From positions 165,622 to 229,621 of the forward strand of contig BCKZ01000011.1 of the NCBI GenBank assembly GCA_001600815.1: a DNA stretch of 64,000 bases, in the 5' to 3' direction. Below, piece by piece: positions 40,664 through 53,090 of the stretch. The position numbers were made by a program, and so were the translations under genes. The notes under the pieces are model-generated. The model saw only the letters and a list, made by a program, of their open reading frames with translations. It made no database searches and was not told the DNA's origin. Within the stretch, counting starts at the first letter, position 1. The number at the start of each line of letters is the position of its first letter. Source of the stretch: Alloascoidea hylecoeti. Its lineage: Eukaryota.

Positions 40664-40900
40664 ATTTATATACCACTCTATAATGAAATATAATTATGAA
40701 AAGATTTATGAACATGAATAGTTAAGTACAATATATATATATAGCGATATATAAATCATTTAATATTATAATGATAACCAGAAAAGTACAATTCATTATG
40801 AAAAACTAAATAAAGTATAGTATAAGAAGTATATGAAACTTAAAATCAATTGCAATGATGTACGTAATTTCAAATGAAGTCAAAATCTATTTAATTTACA

Positions 40901-43438
40901 TCACTCTTTTTTTAAATTCCTTTGTAAAAAAACACAAGTAATATTTTGTGATTTTAATTTTTTTTCTTTTAAACTTTTCTTTAAATTTCTTTGATTTAAT
41001 TTTTCAATTTTTGAATTTGATTTTGTTATTTTTTTAGAAAGTTTTTTAAATTCTTTTTCTTCTTCTTCTAATTCTTTTGTTAATTTATTATGATAAATAT
41101 AATGTTTTTTCCATAAATCAGTCATATTAATAATTGTTTTTGATTTATAAAATTTTGGTATATAATTTTTTATAACTTTTGGTCCAAAAACTTGAAAATT
41201 TAATTTTGGAAATTTTTCATCATTTTCATCATCTTCATCATCTAAAATTTTTTCAATTTCTTCTGTATTATCAATAATTAAATAATCATCTTCTTCAGCA
41301 ATATTATTATTTTGGGCTTTTGAATCTGATTTATATTTTGAAAGAAGGGATTCATCTTCAGAATCTGATATATTAACAAGATGTCTTTTCTTTTTTCTTT
41401 GGCTTGAAGGATGAGAAGGTGGACGAGATGAAGATGCAGATGCAGATGGAGATGGAGATGGAGATGGAAGAGATTTTATAGGTTTCTTTGGTGTTGCTGA
41501 ACGTGTTGTTCGTTTTGTTCTAATATCTGGCGAAGCATGAGAAGTCATCTTAGGTAAAGTAGATCTACGATTTCCCACCGAAGAACTGGTAATTTTAGGT
41601 ACAGCAGATTTTGTAGCCCTTAAATTCTTCCTATTATTGATAGTATTATTCCGAGTGAGTTGCTTATTATCAATGGTTTTAGGAACAGTCGATGTTGAAG
41701 TTCTTGAATATTTAGAAGGTACTGGAGTATTATCTTCATAATTTTCATGAATAACTGATGATTGACGTTTTCTTTTATTATCCACTGATCTAACAAGTTT
41801 TGGAAATGGACTTTTACCCGTTTTTTTCCCACCAAAAGAACTATTCATTGGGACTAAACTTCTTGTTGTTTTATTATATAAATCTTTAGCAAACGGACTT
41901 TTTGTAGTATTTACAAATTTTGGAATAGTACTTCTTGTTGTATTTGTGATTTTTGGGATATTACTCCTTGTTGTACTTGTAATTTTTGGAATATTACTCC
42001 TTGTATTTCTATTTTTCGGATATGGACTTTTTGAAGTATTATTATTTCCTGATGTTATAATTGGGAATGGACTTTTACCAGTTGTTGAAATTTTTGGATA
42101 AGGACTTTTATAATTTTCTGCAATTTTTCCTAATGGAACATCATCACCATCTTCAACTTCACCATTATTTAGTTCTCTTTCTCTTTCTCTTTCTTTTTCT
42201 TGTTTTGCAGAAAGTTGAGCAGCTGCTTTACGATGTTCAGGAATTGGCCGTAATATTGAACTTTGCATTTTCTTTTTACCAACTGCTACAAGACCACCAG
42301 ATTTATAAGCTGCTAAATCACGAGGAGTTGATTTTCCTGATTTCAAAAAATCTATATGATGTGTTGCTATTGGTGGTTGTTTCGTTACTGGTGGTAGTAT
42401 CTTTGGAGGTTCTATTTCACTATCTGAACCTTGACCAAATAGATCATCCATATCTGAATGTGAATTTGATTTAGAAGCTGAATGTGATTGAGAATTTGGA
42501 TTAGAATTTGGATTAGAATTTGGATTAGAATTTGGATTAGAATTTGGATTTGAAATTGATTCACTTCCATTTTGTTTTGTGTTTGTAGCTCCATTTTCTA
42601 ATGGTTTATCTTCAACCACAGGTTTTGAGATTATTTGTTTAGGAGTGTTTTCCAATAAATATAATTTTAATTGTGATTCTCTTTTTGTTTTTGAATCTGA
42701 AATAAATTTCTTTAAATCATTTAATGATAAATTTTTACCAATTTTTCTAACTCTAGTTAATTCTTCAAGATTTTGTAAATCTTTAATACCTGGAAGTTTT
42801 AAATCAAGAAAATATGATTTATATTCTTTTAATTCTTTTTTAATTCCATTTCTATTTCTATTTCCATTTGTATTTTCATTTCCATTTTGATTTTCATCAT
42901 TATAATTTTGAAAAAATCTTTTAATTCCATTTTTTAAAAAATTATTAATTTTTTCATTATTTAAATTTTGAATTGATCTTGTTAATCCAAGTTCATTAAT
43001 AAAATAATTCGATTTTTCAAAAATTTCTTTATTTTTATTATAAATAATTGTAAAATTTTCATTTATAAATAATCTTGAATTAATATTTAAAAATTCAGAA
43101 ATTAGTCGATCTAATTTAATATTTTCTGTATCATGTCTAACAATTGGTATTGAATTTATATTACTATTTTTTGAAGTATTATTGTTATTGTTGGTATTTT
43201 CATTTGTTTCTTTTTCTAATTGTTTTGAAATTAAATCTTGTATTACACCATCTTTTATTTTTAATCCTAATTCGTCAACGAAATTCTCTCTAAAATAATT
43301 ATGAATATTCATTATAAATTCCGGACTTGAATCTGTATTTTGAATTGATGTTGTGTCTTTTTGTGTTGATGATAGTTTAGGTTCGCGTTGGTCGACGTTA
43401 CCAGTACCACCGCCGCCATTAGTTACTTTAGTAGTCAT
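40901..43438 (-). CDS. Uncharacterised 845-aa protein with a helical N-terminus, a basic repeat region and a C-terminal coiled coil
   Basis: Long ORF; ~11-aa repeats of the T(T)RS.IPK and KSP(F/Y)P types. Confidence 0.8.
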   Translation of the reverse strand: MTTKVTNGGGGTGNVDQREPKLSSTQKDTTSIQNTDSSPEFIMNIHNYFRENFVDELGLKIKDGVIQDLISKQLEKETNENTNNNNNTSKNSNINSIPIVRHDTENIKLDRLISEFLNINSRLFINENFTIIYNKNKEIFEKSNYFINELGLTRSIQNLNNEKINNFLKNGIKRFFQNYNDENQNGNENTNGNRNRNGIKKELKEYKSYFLDLKLPGIKDLQNLEELTRVRKIGKNLSLNDLKKFISDSKTKRESQLKLYLLENTPKQIISKPVVEDKPLENGATNTKQNGSESISNPNSNPNSNPNSNPNSNPNSQSHSASKSNSHSDMDDLFGQGSDSEIEPPKILPPVTKQPPIATHHIDFLKSGKSTPRDLAAYKSGGLVAVGKKKMQSSILRPIPEHRKAAAQLSAKQEKERERERELNNGEVEDGDDVPLGKIAENYKSPYPKISTTGKSPFPIITSGNNNTSKSPYPKNRNTRSNIPKITSTTRSNIPKITNTTRSTIPKFVNTTKSPFAKDLYNKTTRSLVPMNSSFGGKKTGKSPFPKLVRSVDNKRKRQSSVIHENYEDNTPVPSKYSRTSTSTVPKTIDNKQLTRNNTINNRKNLRATKSAVPKITSSSVGNRRSTLPKMTSHASPDIRTKRTTRSATPKKPIKSLPSPSPSPSASASSSRPPSHPSSQRKKKRHLVNISDSEDESLLSKYKSDSKAQNNNIAEEDDYLIIDNTEEIEKILDDEDDENDEKFPKLNFQVFGPKVIKNYIPKFYKSKTIINMTDLWKKHYIYHNKLTKELEEEEKEFKKLSKKITKSNSKIEKLNQRNLKKSLKEKKLKSQNITCVFLQRNLKKE

Positions 43439-43533
43439 TTTAGTCTCTTCGTTATTAATTTATAATTTTGAATCTATCTGTTGTAAACTCTTTAACCCGT
43501 AAAAACAGAATATATGATAAAATATACTTTAAC

Positions 43534-43539
43534 ACGCGT
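43534..43539. promoter_or_regulatory. MCB element (ACGCGT) ~96 bp upstream of the 845-aa gene
   Basis: Exact consensus in CpG-poor DNA. Confidence 0.4.
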
Positions 43540-44153
43540 CTTGCCGATAAAAAAGAGAGTGTGTAAAAACTCAAAAGGGTATGGGTGTTTCATTTAAATG
43601 TGTTGAAATTATTAAAATATTATTATAGAATCTTCAAACGATTTTCATTTTTCTCTTTGTTATTCATACTATTTTCATCTCTGTGGAGGTTGGTGGTTAT
43701 TTAGTGTAAGCCAGTGTCGCTTCCACTATGGGAATTGGAGTTTGTGAGTGTCGAGTTGAGTGGAGTTAGCTGCATATTAAACATTGTTGTACGCGCCATG
43801 ATAGTTGATTAATTAGAGAGCATGATTAAAAAGAAACTTCAATTCCCATCATATTCGGTTAGAAGTGTTCAGGTACATAAGGCTATATGGCTTCAATATC
43901 ATTAGAAGCAAACATATCTACTTTATGAGAACGGAAAGTTTGTGGAATAATATTATACATGATGTCATCCATAATTAATAAATAGAAATTTTTAGAAAAA
44001 ACTGAAATATCAAAAAATTATATACTTTATTTAATTATAAATATGAAATACAAATAGTTTTTTAATTATTTTTAAAGCAATCAATTTTATTATTTTTAAA
44101 AATTAATATATATAAAAAATGTAAACAAAATTTAAATTTAAATGTAAAAAAAA

Positions 44154-44846
44154 TTAAAAATTAGCAGCTGAATTTATATTATTTGAAGGTTGATGATATT
44201 GATCTAAGTTCGCTCTAAAAACATCATTACTATTTATATCAGAACCATCAAATTTATTATTATTATCTATGAAGTCATTATCATAAACATGATCATTATT
44301 TCTTCCTTTTACAAACCACCAAATTAAACCACATGCTGAAATCATTACTGGAATTCCTATACCGATCCCAACACCTATTGCTATATTTTTATCCTTTTTG
44401 GAGATACCGGATGATTCATTGGAGCCCTCATCTGGAGCAGCGGACGGTAGAGTGGGTGATTTCGATGGAGAGGATGTTTGTTTTGAGGAAGATGTTGAGG
44501 TTGAATCTGTAGAAGATGTTGAAGCTGTTGAAGTTGCAGAATCTGTTGATTGAGATGTGGTTGTATGGTGTTCGTTAGTAGAGGAAGAAGTAATTGTGTT
44601 CGAAGTAGAGGGAGGAATGGAAGTATCCGAAGGAGTTGTGAGTTCTTCATCAGAAGAGGTTGAAAACGCCGTAGTACTTTCTTCAGACCAGCTGGTTTGA
44701 GAAGTGGAAGTCACAAATGTAGAAGATGTCGTTGCATTCCCATTTGGTATCTGATCCGCAAGAATTACAGAGAACTCATCTGCTGCCACCGATAAATGAG
44801 GGTAAAAAGAAATAATAAAGGTCCCAATAAAATAAAGCCAAAACAT
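44154..44846 (-). CDS. Mid2/Mtl1-like type I cell-wall sensor
   Basis: Signal peptide, Ser/Thr-rich ectodomain, TM 'KNIAIGVGIGIGIPVMISACGLIWWF', short tail ending FRANLDQYH...NSAANF. Confidence 0.75.
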   Translation of the reverse strand: MFWLYFIGTFIISFYPHLSVAADEFSVILADQIPNGNATTSSTFVTSTSQTSWSEESTTAFSTSSDEELTTPSDTSIPPSTSNTITSSSTNEHHTTTSQSTDSATSTASTSSTDSTSTSSSKQTSSPSKSPTLPSAAPDEGSNESSGISKKDKNIAIGVGIGIGIPVMISACGLIWWFVKGRNNDHVYDNDFIDNNNKFDGSDINSNDVFRANLDQYHQPSNNINSAANF

Positions 44847-46992
44847 TTCTTAAAAAAAATACAAAGAAATTGCTATTATATAAAAAATTAATTAATAATA
44901 TATGAAAGGAAAAGGAAAGGAGAAAAGAAAATGGTTTTGTAAAAATAAAAATGTTTAATATTTACTTTTCTCTCTTTGTCATATTATAAATCCGGAAATA
45001 AATTCGGGTTATGCATTGTCGTATATTTTAACACGGGCATCATCCTAGAAAACATGCATGTTCGTATTTTTATATCTGTTAAACAAAACCTCATTTTGAA
45101 AACCCTAATTTTGAAACATATTATAGTAAATTTATCATGATCCCTTACATAATGCTTGTATTTATTTCAACGTTTGTCACAAGATCCATTGAGCATGACC
45201 ATTAAAATCAACGATATTTTAAAGGATATTTTACTTTGGCCTCCGTCGCGTTCGGAGTCTTCTGAGTCTTATGATTCTAATTTTAAATTTGTAAATATTT
45301 TATATAAAGGCTAATCTATTGAATCTAGGCAATCACAACTATTTTGTGGATGTAAACTCTAGTCGAAACTAGCTTACATACAAATCCTACATAATCCCAG
45401 GCTTTTCAATGATATTCCAGTTAAAACCATGTTATCTGGTATATTAATATTTGCAATAAAAAGGTCACACAATCATCTAGTTATGGAATGTTCAATACCA
45501 TCCAATTATAGAAAGGGAACGGATATTTATTGTTAGTGGATTATTGATTATTATTGATTAAATAAATGAATCCTATATTATCTAGCTTTAGTAAATACTA
45601 TTTGAGAAGCGTTGAGGGCAGCATCATTATCTGATATTTCAATCTCAGACACGATAGAAACTTAAGAAGAATGAATTTGAAAATATATAATTTTCGTTAT
45701 GTGTAATAAAAGACTTCAGTATCATCATTCAGGTGAATATCCAGGCTTTATATACTGTAGGCAGAATTATGCACTAAAATGATCTTTATATATATAGAAA
45801 TAAAATATAGCGAAATATAATCAGGTTATGGGATTCTACTATGGATCCATATTAACGTAGCACTTTTTATGTGTAATTGTCAGAAATATCCCATAGCCTC
45901 TTCAATACACGCACAACAGATTTTCGGCTTAGTAAAGTTATTTGCTAACTCTAAAATATGCACATATTTTGAGGTACAACAGAAAACCAGGAAAAAATGG
46001 AAAAAAAAGAGTTTTAAATACTATTTCTATAACACGTACAGCAATTGTGAAAATTTTCATTTGGGTGGAGGTAGCAGCAATATTGCCAGGTTTTTTTTAA
46101 CGATCCATATGGGTTTGAATGTTAATATCGATCTATAGTTACGACTTAGCTTAGCTATATGGAACTGTCAGGTGATATGATTATAACCTTACAGGAACAA
46201 GGTTTTCAATACTCCGCCCAAGTTCTTGGTATGATGACCAAATCACAGATTACATAATATAACTGTTTGACAAATGATTAGGTATGGAGCACATTTCATA
46301 ATCCCATGTTACAAGACATATCATAATCCACTCGAGGCACTGACTATTTATGGACCATAATGAAAGCAAAATAATTGGAAGGATTAGAAGATAAAATAAT
46401 TAGTACGGTTTATGATCCAAATGTTTCTATAGCTATATTAGTACCATTTATATTGTAAAATAGTTTCATTTATTGCAATTGTTCTGTACAATATTAAGTA
46501 GATTAACTGGTATGACTTATACTGTCTTAAAATCAGTATAATTGTTTTGCCTCATAAGCTCATACAAATTGTTTATTCTTGAGTAACATGAGCATGTTTT
46601 ACGTTATTATGTGATGAAATATCTTGTAACTGGGTCTGACAGTTTAGTGTGGGGCTAACTATGTTCACAGAAACACGAACTGTTGTCTAACAATACTCAT
46701 ATTTATGTCAATTTCCTTTAAAATCATCTCTTTAATTCATTAGAGAATATATAATCATTAATTATTATTAATAGTATATACTTATTTATATATATTTAGT
46801 TTTTTTCTTTCCTCTCGCTATTATCAATTCATTAAACCAATATTTAAATATTTAATATTGAATTTAAATTGATCTTTCATCATCATTGATTAGAATTATT
46901 GTTTGGCAATTGTATTCTTATTCTTATTTTTTGTTTTTGTTGTATTTTATAGGGGTCTTTTTTTTTTCTTTTTCGTTTTAATACTATTAACA

Positions 46993-48477
46993 TTAATCTA
47001 AAGTAACTTTTAATTCATCAACAGGTATTGGTATAAAATTATTTAAATCAATTCCTTCATTTCTTAATAAATTTTCTCTTTCATGTTCAGGTACTAAAAA
47101 AAAATTTAATTCAGGTTCAATACTCAATTCATGTTTATTAAAATTAAATAAAGGAGGTAAATTTCTTAATTCTTGCTGTTGATGATTTTGATTTCTAATT
47201 AGACCATTATTATTTGAATTGCCATTTAAATTGTTAAAATCTCTTAATTTTGTTGATTCATTTCTTAATTCATCAAAATATTTATGACACATCGCTTTTA
47301 ATGGACTTAATCTAATATTTGGAGAATATTCTAAAACTTTAGTTATAAAATCAATTGCATCATTTGAAGCTTGTCTAAAAACTCTTGTAAAAGGCAATGC
47401 TCTAATTTGTGGAAATCTATGGTCCATATAAGTTGGATTCATTGTTCTAATTTGTTCACGAGTTGGAGTACCTAAAATTTTTATAATCTCAACTAATTGA
47501 TCAATGCCAGATTCGCCAGGAAATAAAGGTTGTCCTAACATTAATTCACCCATAACACAACCAGCAGACCAAACATCAATACAAGTTTGATAATTAACAG
47601 CACCAAAAATTAATTCAGGAGCTCTATAATATCTTGAACAAATATAAGAAACATTTGGTTCATTTGGATTTAAAACTTTTGCAGAACCAAAATCAATTAG
47701 TTTTAATATACCAGTATTTGGATTAACTAATAAATTTTGAGGTTTTATATCACGATGACAAATTCCCATTGAATGAATATAAGCTAAAGCTCTAAATAAT
47801 TGATAAGTGTATAATTTAACTTCAAATTCAGGCATTGTCATTCTTTGTCTTGTATAAGAATGTAAAGCTTCATAAACAGTTTCAGGTACAAATTCTTGTA
47901 TTAAATTAAGATAAACTTGATCTCGTGATGTTGTTGAATAGAAGAAAGCTTTTAAATCAACAATATTTGGATGATGAACAACTCTCATAATTTGAAGTTC
48001 TCGGTTCTTCCCCACAAAATAAAAAATTAGTATATAAATAAGAAAAAAAAATGCGATAAATATAGTAAGAAAATGATAATTTAAATACATACCTTAAAAC
48101 GTCTATCCTGTAAAACTCTTTTAACAGCAACAGATTCGTTATTCGGAAGTAATTTAGTTAAATAAACAACACCAAAAGAACCATGACCAACCATTTTTTC
48201 ATGTGAATAGGTGATATCTCGCGGTTCACCGGTTCTTCCATCAAGAACACTTTGATGAATGGTCTCTAAAAAAAGGTAAAATTAACAAATTGCTCAATAC
48301 AGATCTCATATCATGAAAAGCGAAAACGAAAAGCTAAAAGCTAATAGCGGAAAGACAGGGGAAACAAATATATATTGATAATCCAATCAAGTATCGTTAT
48401 AGATTCCAGACCTAGGATGGATGGATGGCATGAAGGGATGGAATAAATATGGTTAACGTACCTCCGACTCGCTCCAT
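46993..48477 (-). CDS. RIM11: GSK-3 family kinase (Rim11-like, 400 aa); exons 48477-48462, 48265-48093, 48006-46993
   Basis: Spliced [54 protein letters not shown]. Introns GTACGT..TAG and GTATGT..TACTAAT..AAG. Confidence 0.88.
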
Positions 48478-48873
48478 TGCTAGGGGTGATTCAATAAAAT
48501 GTATGTGGGGTGGGGAGAAAAAGAAGAACTTGAAAAAAATGTATTTTGAATCGAAATAAATAAAAAAAAGGTGGAGTTTCAAAAACCAGAAACAATCAAA
48601 TATATAAAAAAAAGGAAATCACTCGAGAATTAAAAAAACTTCAATTCTCCAGAGATAATTGCAAATAGGAAAAAAGAAAAAAAAAAGAAGGTAATAAAAT
48701 TAAAAATGATTGAAGAAAATGATTTGAAATGGGGGATCCGATCATTTTGCAGTTACGTAATGCATTAGGTCACCCGAGTGTCATGTGATGTGGGCGGGTG
48801 GAAGTGTGCATTTTACCCGAAACGGCGATGCTCCCGCCAAACCTTTAATTTCCATACATTTTATTAGAATAGA

Positions 48874-49863
48874 ATGGTGTCTGTGTTGGTTGCTGGTGCC
48901 GGTGGGGTTGGTCTAGGTTTTAGTTTTTTATTGAGACAACTTCCTAGAGAATCTGTCAAAATCGGTCTTTTGGCAAGATCTAATTATGACTCTATTAAAT
49001 CTAACGGTATTAATGTTATAAATCCTTGGGATTCTTCTTTAAATACAAACTTCAAAGTTGACAATGTATATAATTCGGATTCCGCTTTAAATTATAGGGG
49101 TGATCCTTATGATTTCATAATCGTTACTTCAAAAGTTTTACCAAATTATGCTATACCAAATTTAGATAAATTTATGGGTTTAAATTCTTCTTTAATTTTA
49201 GCTCAAAATGGCATTGAAATTGAAGAACCGTATTTAATTAAGTACCCAAATATTCCAATAATTTCGGCTGTTGTTAGAGTTGGTGTAGGATTAACTGATT
49301 TAAATGAATTAACTTTTTATACTTTTAAAAAGATGAAATTTATAATTGGTTTAATTGATAAATGGGAAACTAATTCAAAAGCAATTGAAAAATTAAATAA
49401 TTTTAATGATTTATGTATTAAATCTGGTTTGGATATTAAAATTGAAAATGATATTGTTAAACAAAGATGGATTAAAACTGTCAGTAATGGAACTTTTAAT
49501 AATCCTGCTGCTATTTTAAATTTATCAATAAAAGAAATTATTGATTCAGGTTCTGAACAATTATTTCATGATATTTCAAAAGAATTATGGTTAGTTGGTT
49601 TAAAAAAATTTGGAAAAAATAATTGGATAACTGAAAATGATGCCTTAGATGGTTTATCTTTTTATTCATCTGAAAAATCAAAAGGTTTTTTGCCGAGTAC
49701 TTTACAAGATGTTAGAAAAGGTAAAGAAATTGAATATGAAGCTTTAAGTGGGAATATTATAAGAGTTGCCGATAAACTTGGTGTTGAAGTTCCTGTTTTA
49801 AAAACCGTTTATTACATGTTAAAATCTATTAATTATAGAATTCAAAAATATGGAAAATTGTAA
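48874..49863 (+). CDS. Ketopantoate reductase (PanE/ApbA) family oxidoreductase
   Basis: GAGGVG Rossmann motif, LARSNYD, DFIIVTSK, QNGIEIE, RWIKTVSN, PSTLQDVRKGKEIEYEALSG. Confidence 0.85.
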   Translation: MVSVLVAGAGGVGLGFSFLLRQLPRESVKIGLLARSNYDSIKSNGINVINPWDSSLNTNFKVDNVYNSDSALNYRGDPYDFIIVTSKVLPNYAIPNLDKFMGLNSSLILAQNGIEIEEPYLIKYPNIPIISAVVRVGVGLTDLNELTFYTFKKMKFIIGLIDKWETNSKAIEKLNNFNDLCIKSGLDIKIENDIVKQRWIKTVSNGTFNNPAAILNLSIKEIIDSGSEQLFHDISKELWLVGLKKFGKNNWITENDALDGLSFYSSEKSKGFLPSTLQDVRKGKEIEYEALSGNIIRVADKLGVEVPVLKTVYYMLKSINYRIQKYGKL

Positions 49864-50059
49864 TTATAATTTAGAATTTTTGAATTTTTGAATTATAATG
49901 TGGGAATCTGGGGTACAGATACGAGAATTTTTCTATATCTATCATTAAACTTGTTTATCATACTTATAACTTATATAATATATATACACAATATATATAA
50001 TCATTTCTATTTCGTAATGTGTTTTTTTATATCCTTTGATAGTAGATATCTAATAGCAT

Positions 50060-52460
50060 TTAAGACCGGAAACTCAATTCACTACACTGGAATCATTGCC
50101 CTACAGGACCTACACGGTGACCCTTTTTTAAATTCAAGCATAACATAGTAAAATTAGTAGATCATTTTGTAATTTCTAAGAAAAATGGCGCTATTCTCTA
50201 AGCATCAACTCATTGTAACCGAACACATCAGATGATAAGACCACTCCTCTTAAGATTGTCAGCCCCGTTTTCTTTTTCACATATTGTAGACATTTTGTAG
50301 CACACAACCTCCAACAACAGAGAAGTCCAAAATAAACCTCGGAGTACCTGCATAATAAGACAAGGAAGCGAGGGTATTGAAAGACATGGCAAGAAGTCAT
50401 CTCGAACTGAATAGGTCAATCAGACACATATCAAGCGAGGCGGGGTTGGCCCGTTTAGCTCTCGTAGATCAAATAAATGCTAGATAATCCGCATCAGTAG
50501 CTATAAACACCTAAGAGAATCTACTAACGTTGTTACTTTTAATAAGCAAAAATGAACCACCAAAACACCAACAAATAGTGCCATTATGTGAGCGCTAATG
50601 GGGTGGATGACTTTCTCAAGAGGAATTCACGGATTTCTATCAAAAAACAAAGGCATTAGATGCATAAGCTAGTAGTTATAAAAAGGACCTTGCGGGGTAT
50701 AAGTCAAAGCACTGGGTGCCTTAATGGCCTAACATCTTTACCAGCAGAGGTGTTAGTAACAAATCCCACAAACCTATGGTATCAAAAAAGGACTTCACTA
50801 TAATATACCAGAAGGCAAGCGCTGAAACTATAATCCCTAAAATCATTCCATTGGGCTTTGTAAAAACCATAATTCATACGCAGATGAGTTTACCAAAGCT
50901 AGGAGAGGTTTGGGTAGGCAATAAAGAGGTAGGATTAACCGAATAAAATGAGGAAATTTTTTATTTAATATGAGAATTTAATTGAATGATATCCAACGAG
51001 TTTGAAGTTTACTAAGTGTCGTTGAAAATAATTAAACCATATGAAATATCTAATGATTTCCGCATTTGTACCATAATATGGGGGATGCAAGAAACCTTAT
51101 TAGTTCAGATATTTCTACACACAGTGCTCGAAGTTCCCCTAAAAACTATTTGAGGTGGAGTTGTTCAGACTTCTAAGTAGTTAAAGACATTACTTTTGCT
51201 AGAGATAACAAAGAGAGAAGTGTATTGGATGCTCGAACTCAGCGAACTCAATATCTAAAATTGTTTGGATGCTAGCTTTTTTTGACCCATTACTGTACTT
51301 GTGTAAGAATAGGCTAGGAATTTTGCTACATAAATTTATTTATCTATTATCGAGCCTTTTCAGCGTAAGATTAGAAGTTTTACTGCGAACTTGGAATTCA
51401 TTTGCACTTAGTTTAGACTATTCCCTATAGTTGATAAAATGCTTGGAAATTTTCATATATTTCATTATAATGATTCCCATTAGGGTAATTACCTATTCTG
51501 CTTTTAATTAAGTTTGAGTCGCAAAATGTGGGATAATGAATAAGTTTGAACCTGATTATACATTGCTTATTTTGATAATTCAGATATCCAGTGTACTTTT
51601 TGATAATTTTGTAAATAATTTCCAGGCATCGTGTGAAAGGCCGCGAAATAAATACGGGCCTCCTCCACAACCACAAACAGTAGTAAAATCAAAAGTAAAC
51701 CTCCGAGTTCTTGTATCAAGAAACAAGGAAGTTAGAATACTAAAATAGACAGCAAGAAGTCATCATGACCTCAATACATTAACCAAACAGTAATCAGGCA
51801 ATACCGGATTGACCGGTTAGACTCTTGTAGACAGAATACGAGGTGGAAGGTTAGCATCAGCAGCTAAAGATACATACCAAACTATTACAAGTTATGAAGA
51901 GAATCGGCCAACTAATATACAACTTTTTTATATAAAAAGGGGTGTGGTGACTGACAAAGAACTACTCTTTTGTTCTTTAAATATCTGTATCGGCCGAAGA
52001 TATTCCTTGCATGATGCGAACCTGTACCCGCCATCAGAAATTCAGCGAAGAACCCCATTACTGAAAATTATGTAAGTATTAATCAGGCAGATGGCATTCG
52101 CAAGAGGAGATCGAGGATTTATCAAAAAAAGAAAAAGATTTGGACACATATCGAAGTAATAGAGAGGAATTTGAGCATCGGTAAAGCATTGATTGGCTTA
52201 ATGATAGAATATCATTACCAGATAGAATATATTCATAGTTTCGTTGAAGCTGACTTTCAAATCTGTGACATGGCGGATAGCTGGTTCTATTTATATACAA
52301 TATACTCCAGTTGATAATGATATTCGGTCATGAAGTCAATCAATGCTTAATTACCAATGCTCAAAGTCCTCGACTATCTAATTTGAAGGATCCGAAGGAA
52401 TGAAATAAAAGAAAAGGGCCTACTATCTATTGTAGTTTTCAACAGGTTATTTGATGCTGA
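50060..52460 (+). mobile_element. Degenerate non-LTR (LINE-like) endonuclease relics, at least two diverged tandem copies
   Basis: Fragmented APE-like motifs IIALQDLH (~50090), KRGVVT, ANLYPP and PDRIY. 50300-50560 is similar to 51665-51920. Confidence 0.4.
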
Positions 52461-52630
52461 TGGTGAAGGATTCTCAAAAAAGGCTACTGATATGCACGAC
52501 AAATCAAATAGCCCGCCGTCATACGGCTGAGAATTATTTACAAAATCATCAAAAAGTACACTGGATATCTGAATTATCAAAATAAGCAATGTATAATCAG
52601 CCATTAGAATAGGTAATTACCCTAATGGAA
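51475..52630. mobile_element. Candidate non-autonomous TIR-bounded element (~1.15 kb) with an ATGAT direct repeat at both flanks
   Basis: Inverted arms share CCATTAGGGTAATTACCTATTCT plus a ~68-bp block with one mismatch. ATGAT at 51470-51474 and 52631-52635. Confidence 0.6.
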
Positions 52631-53090
52631 ATGATCATTTCTACATACTTAAATAAATCAACTTTACCCCCTTTTTTTGTTTCTCTTTCTTTCCACGAAA
52701 TATTTATTTCCTTTTGATGAACATTTTTTATATTATATATATATATATATTCCAAAAATTTCCCCCAACTATTTTAAATCTATAGGGAAGCAACTGTGTG
52801 CCATTAATTTTATATATTTATTACAGTAGAATAAATCTATATAAATCATTTTGCTTGAGGAAGGGAATCTAGGATTTAATTTCGGGAGTTGTTCGTTCCG
52901 GAATCCCGTATGTTCAAAATCAAACAAAAAGCTCTACAGGGTCAACTTGAATAAAGCATGTAAATATAGATATATAACCAGAAAGAAATTTAAACTTGAA
53001 ATCCATTTTTCTCTTTTAATTTATAGCTCTCTAATATAATTATAAATTTATTAAATAATGAAAAGGGGTGATGTCGATTGTTAAATAAAT

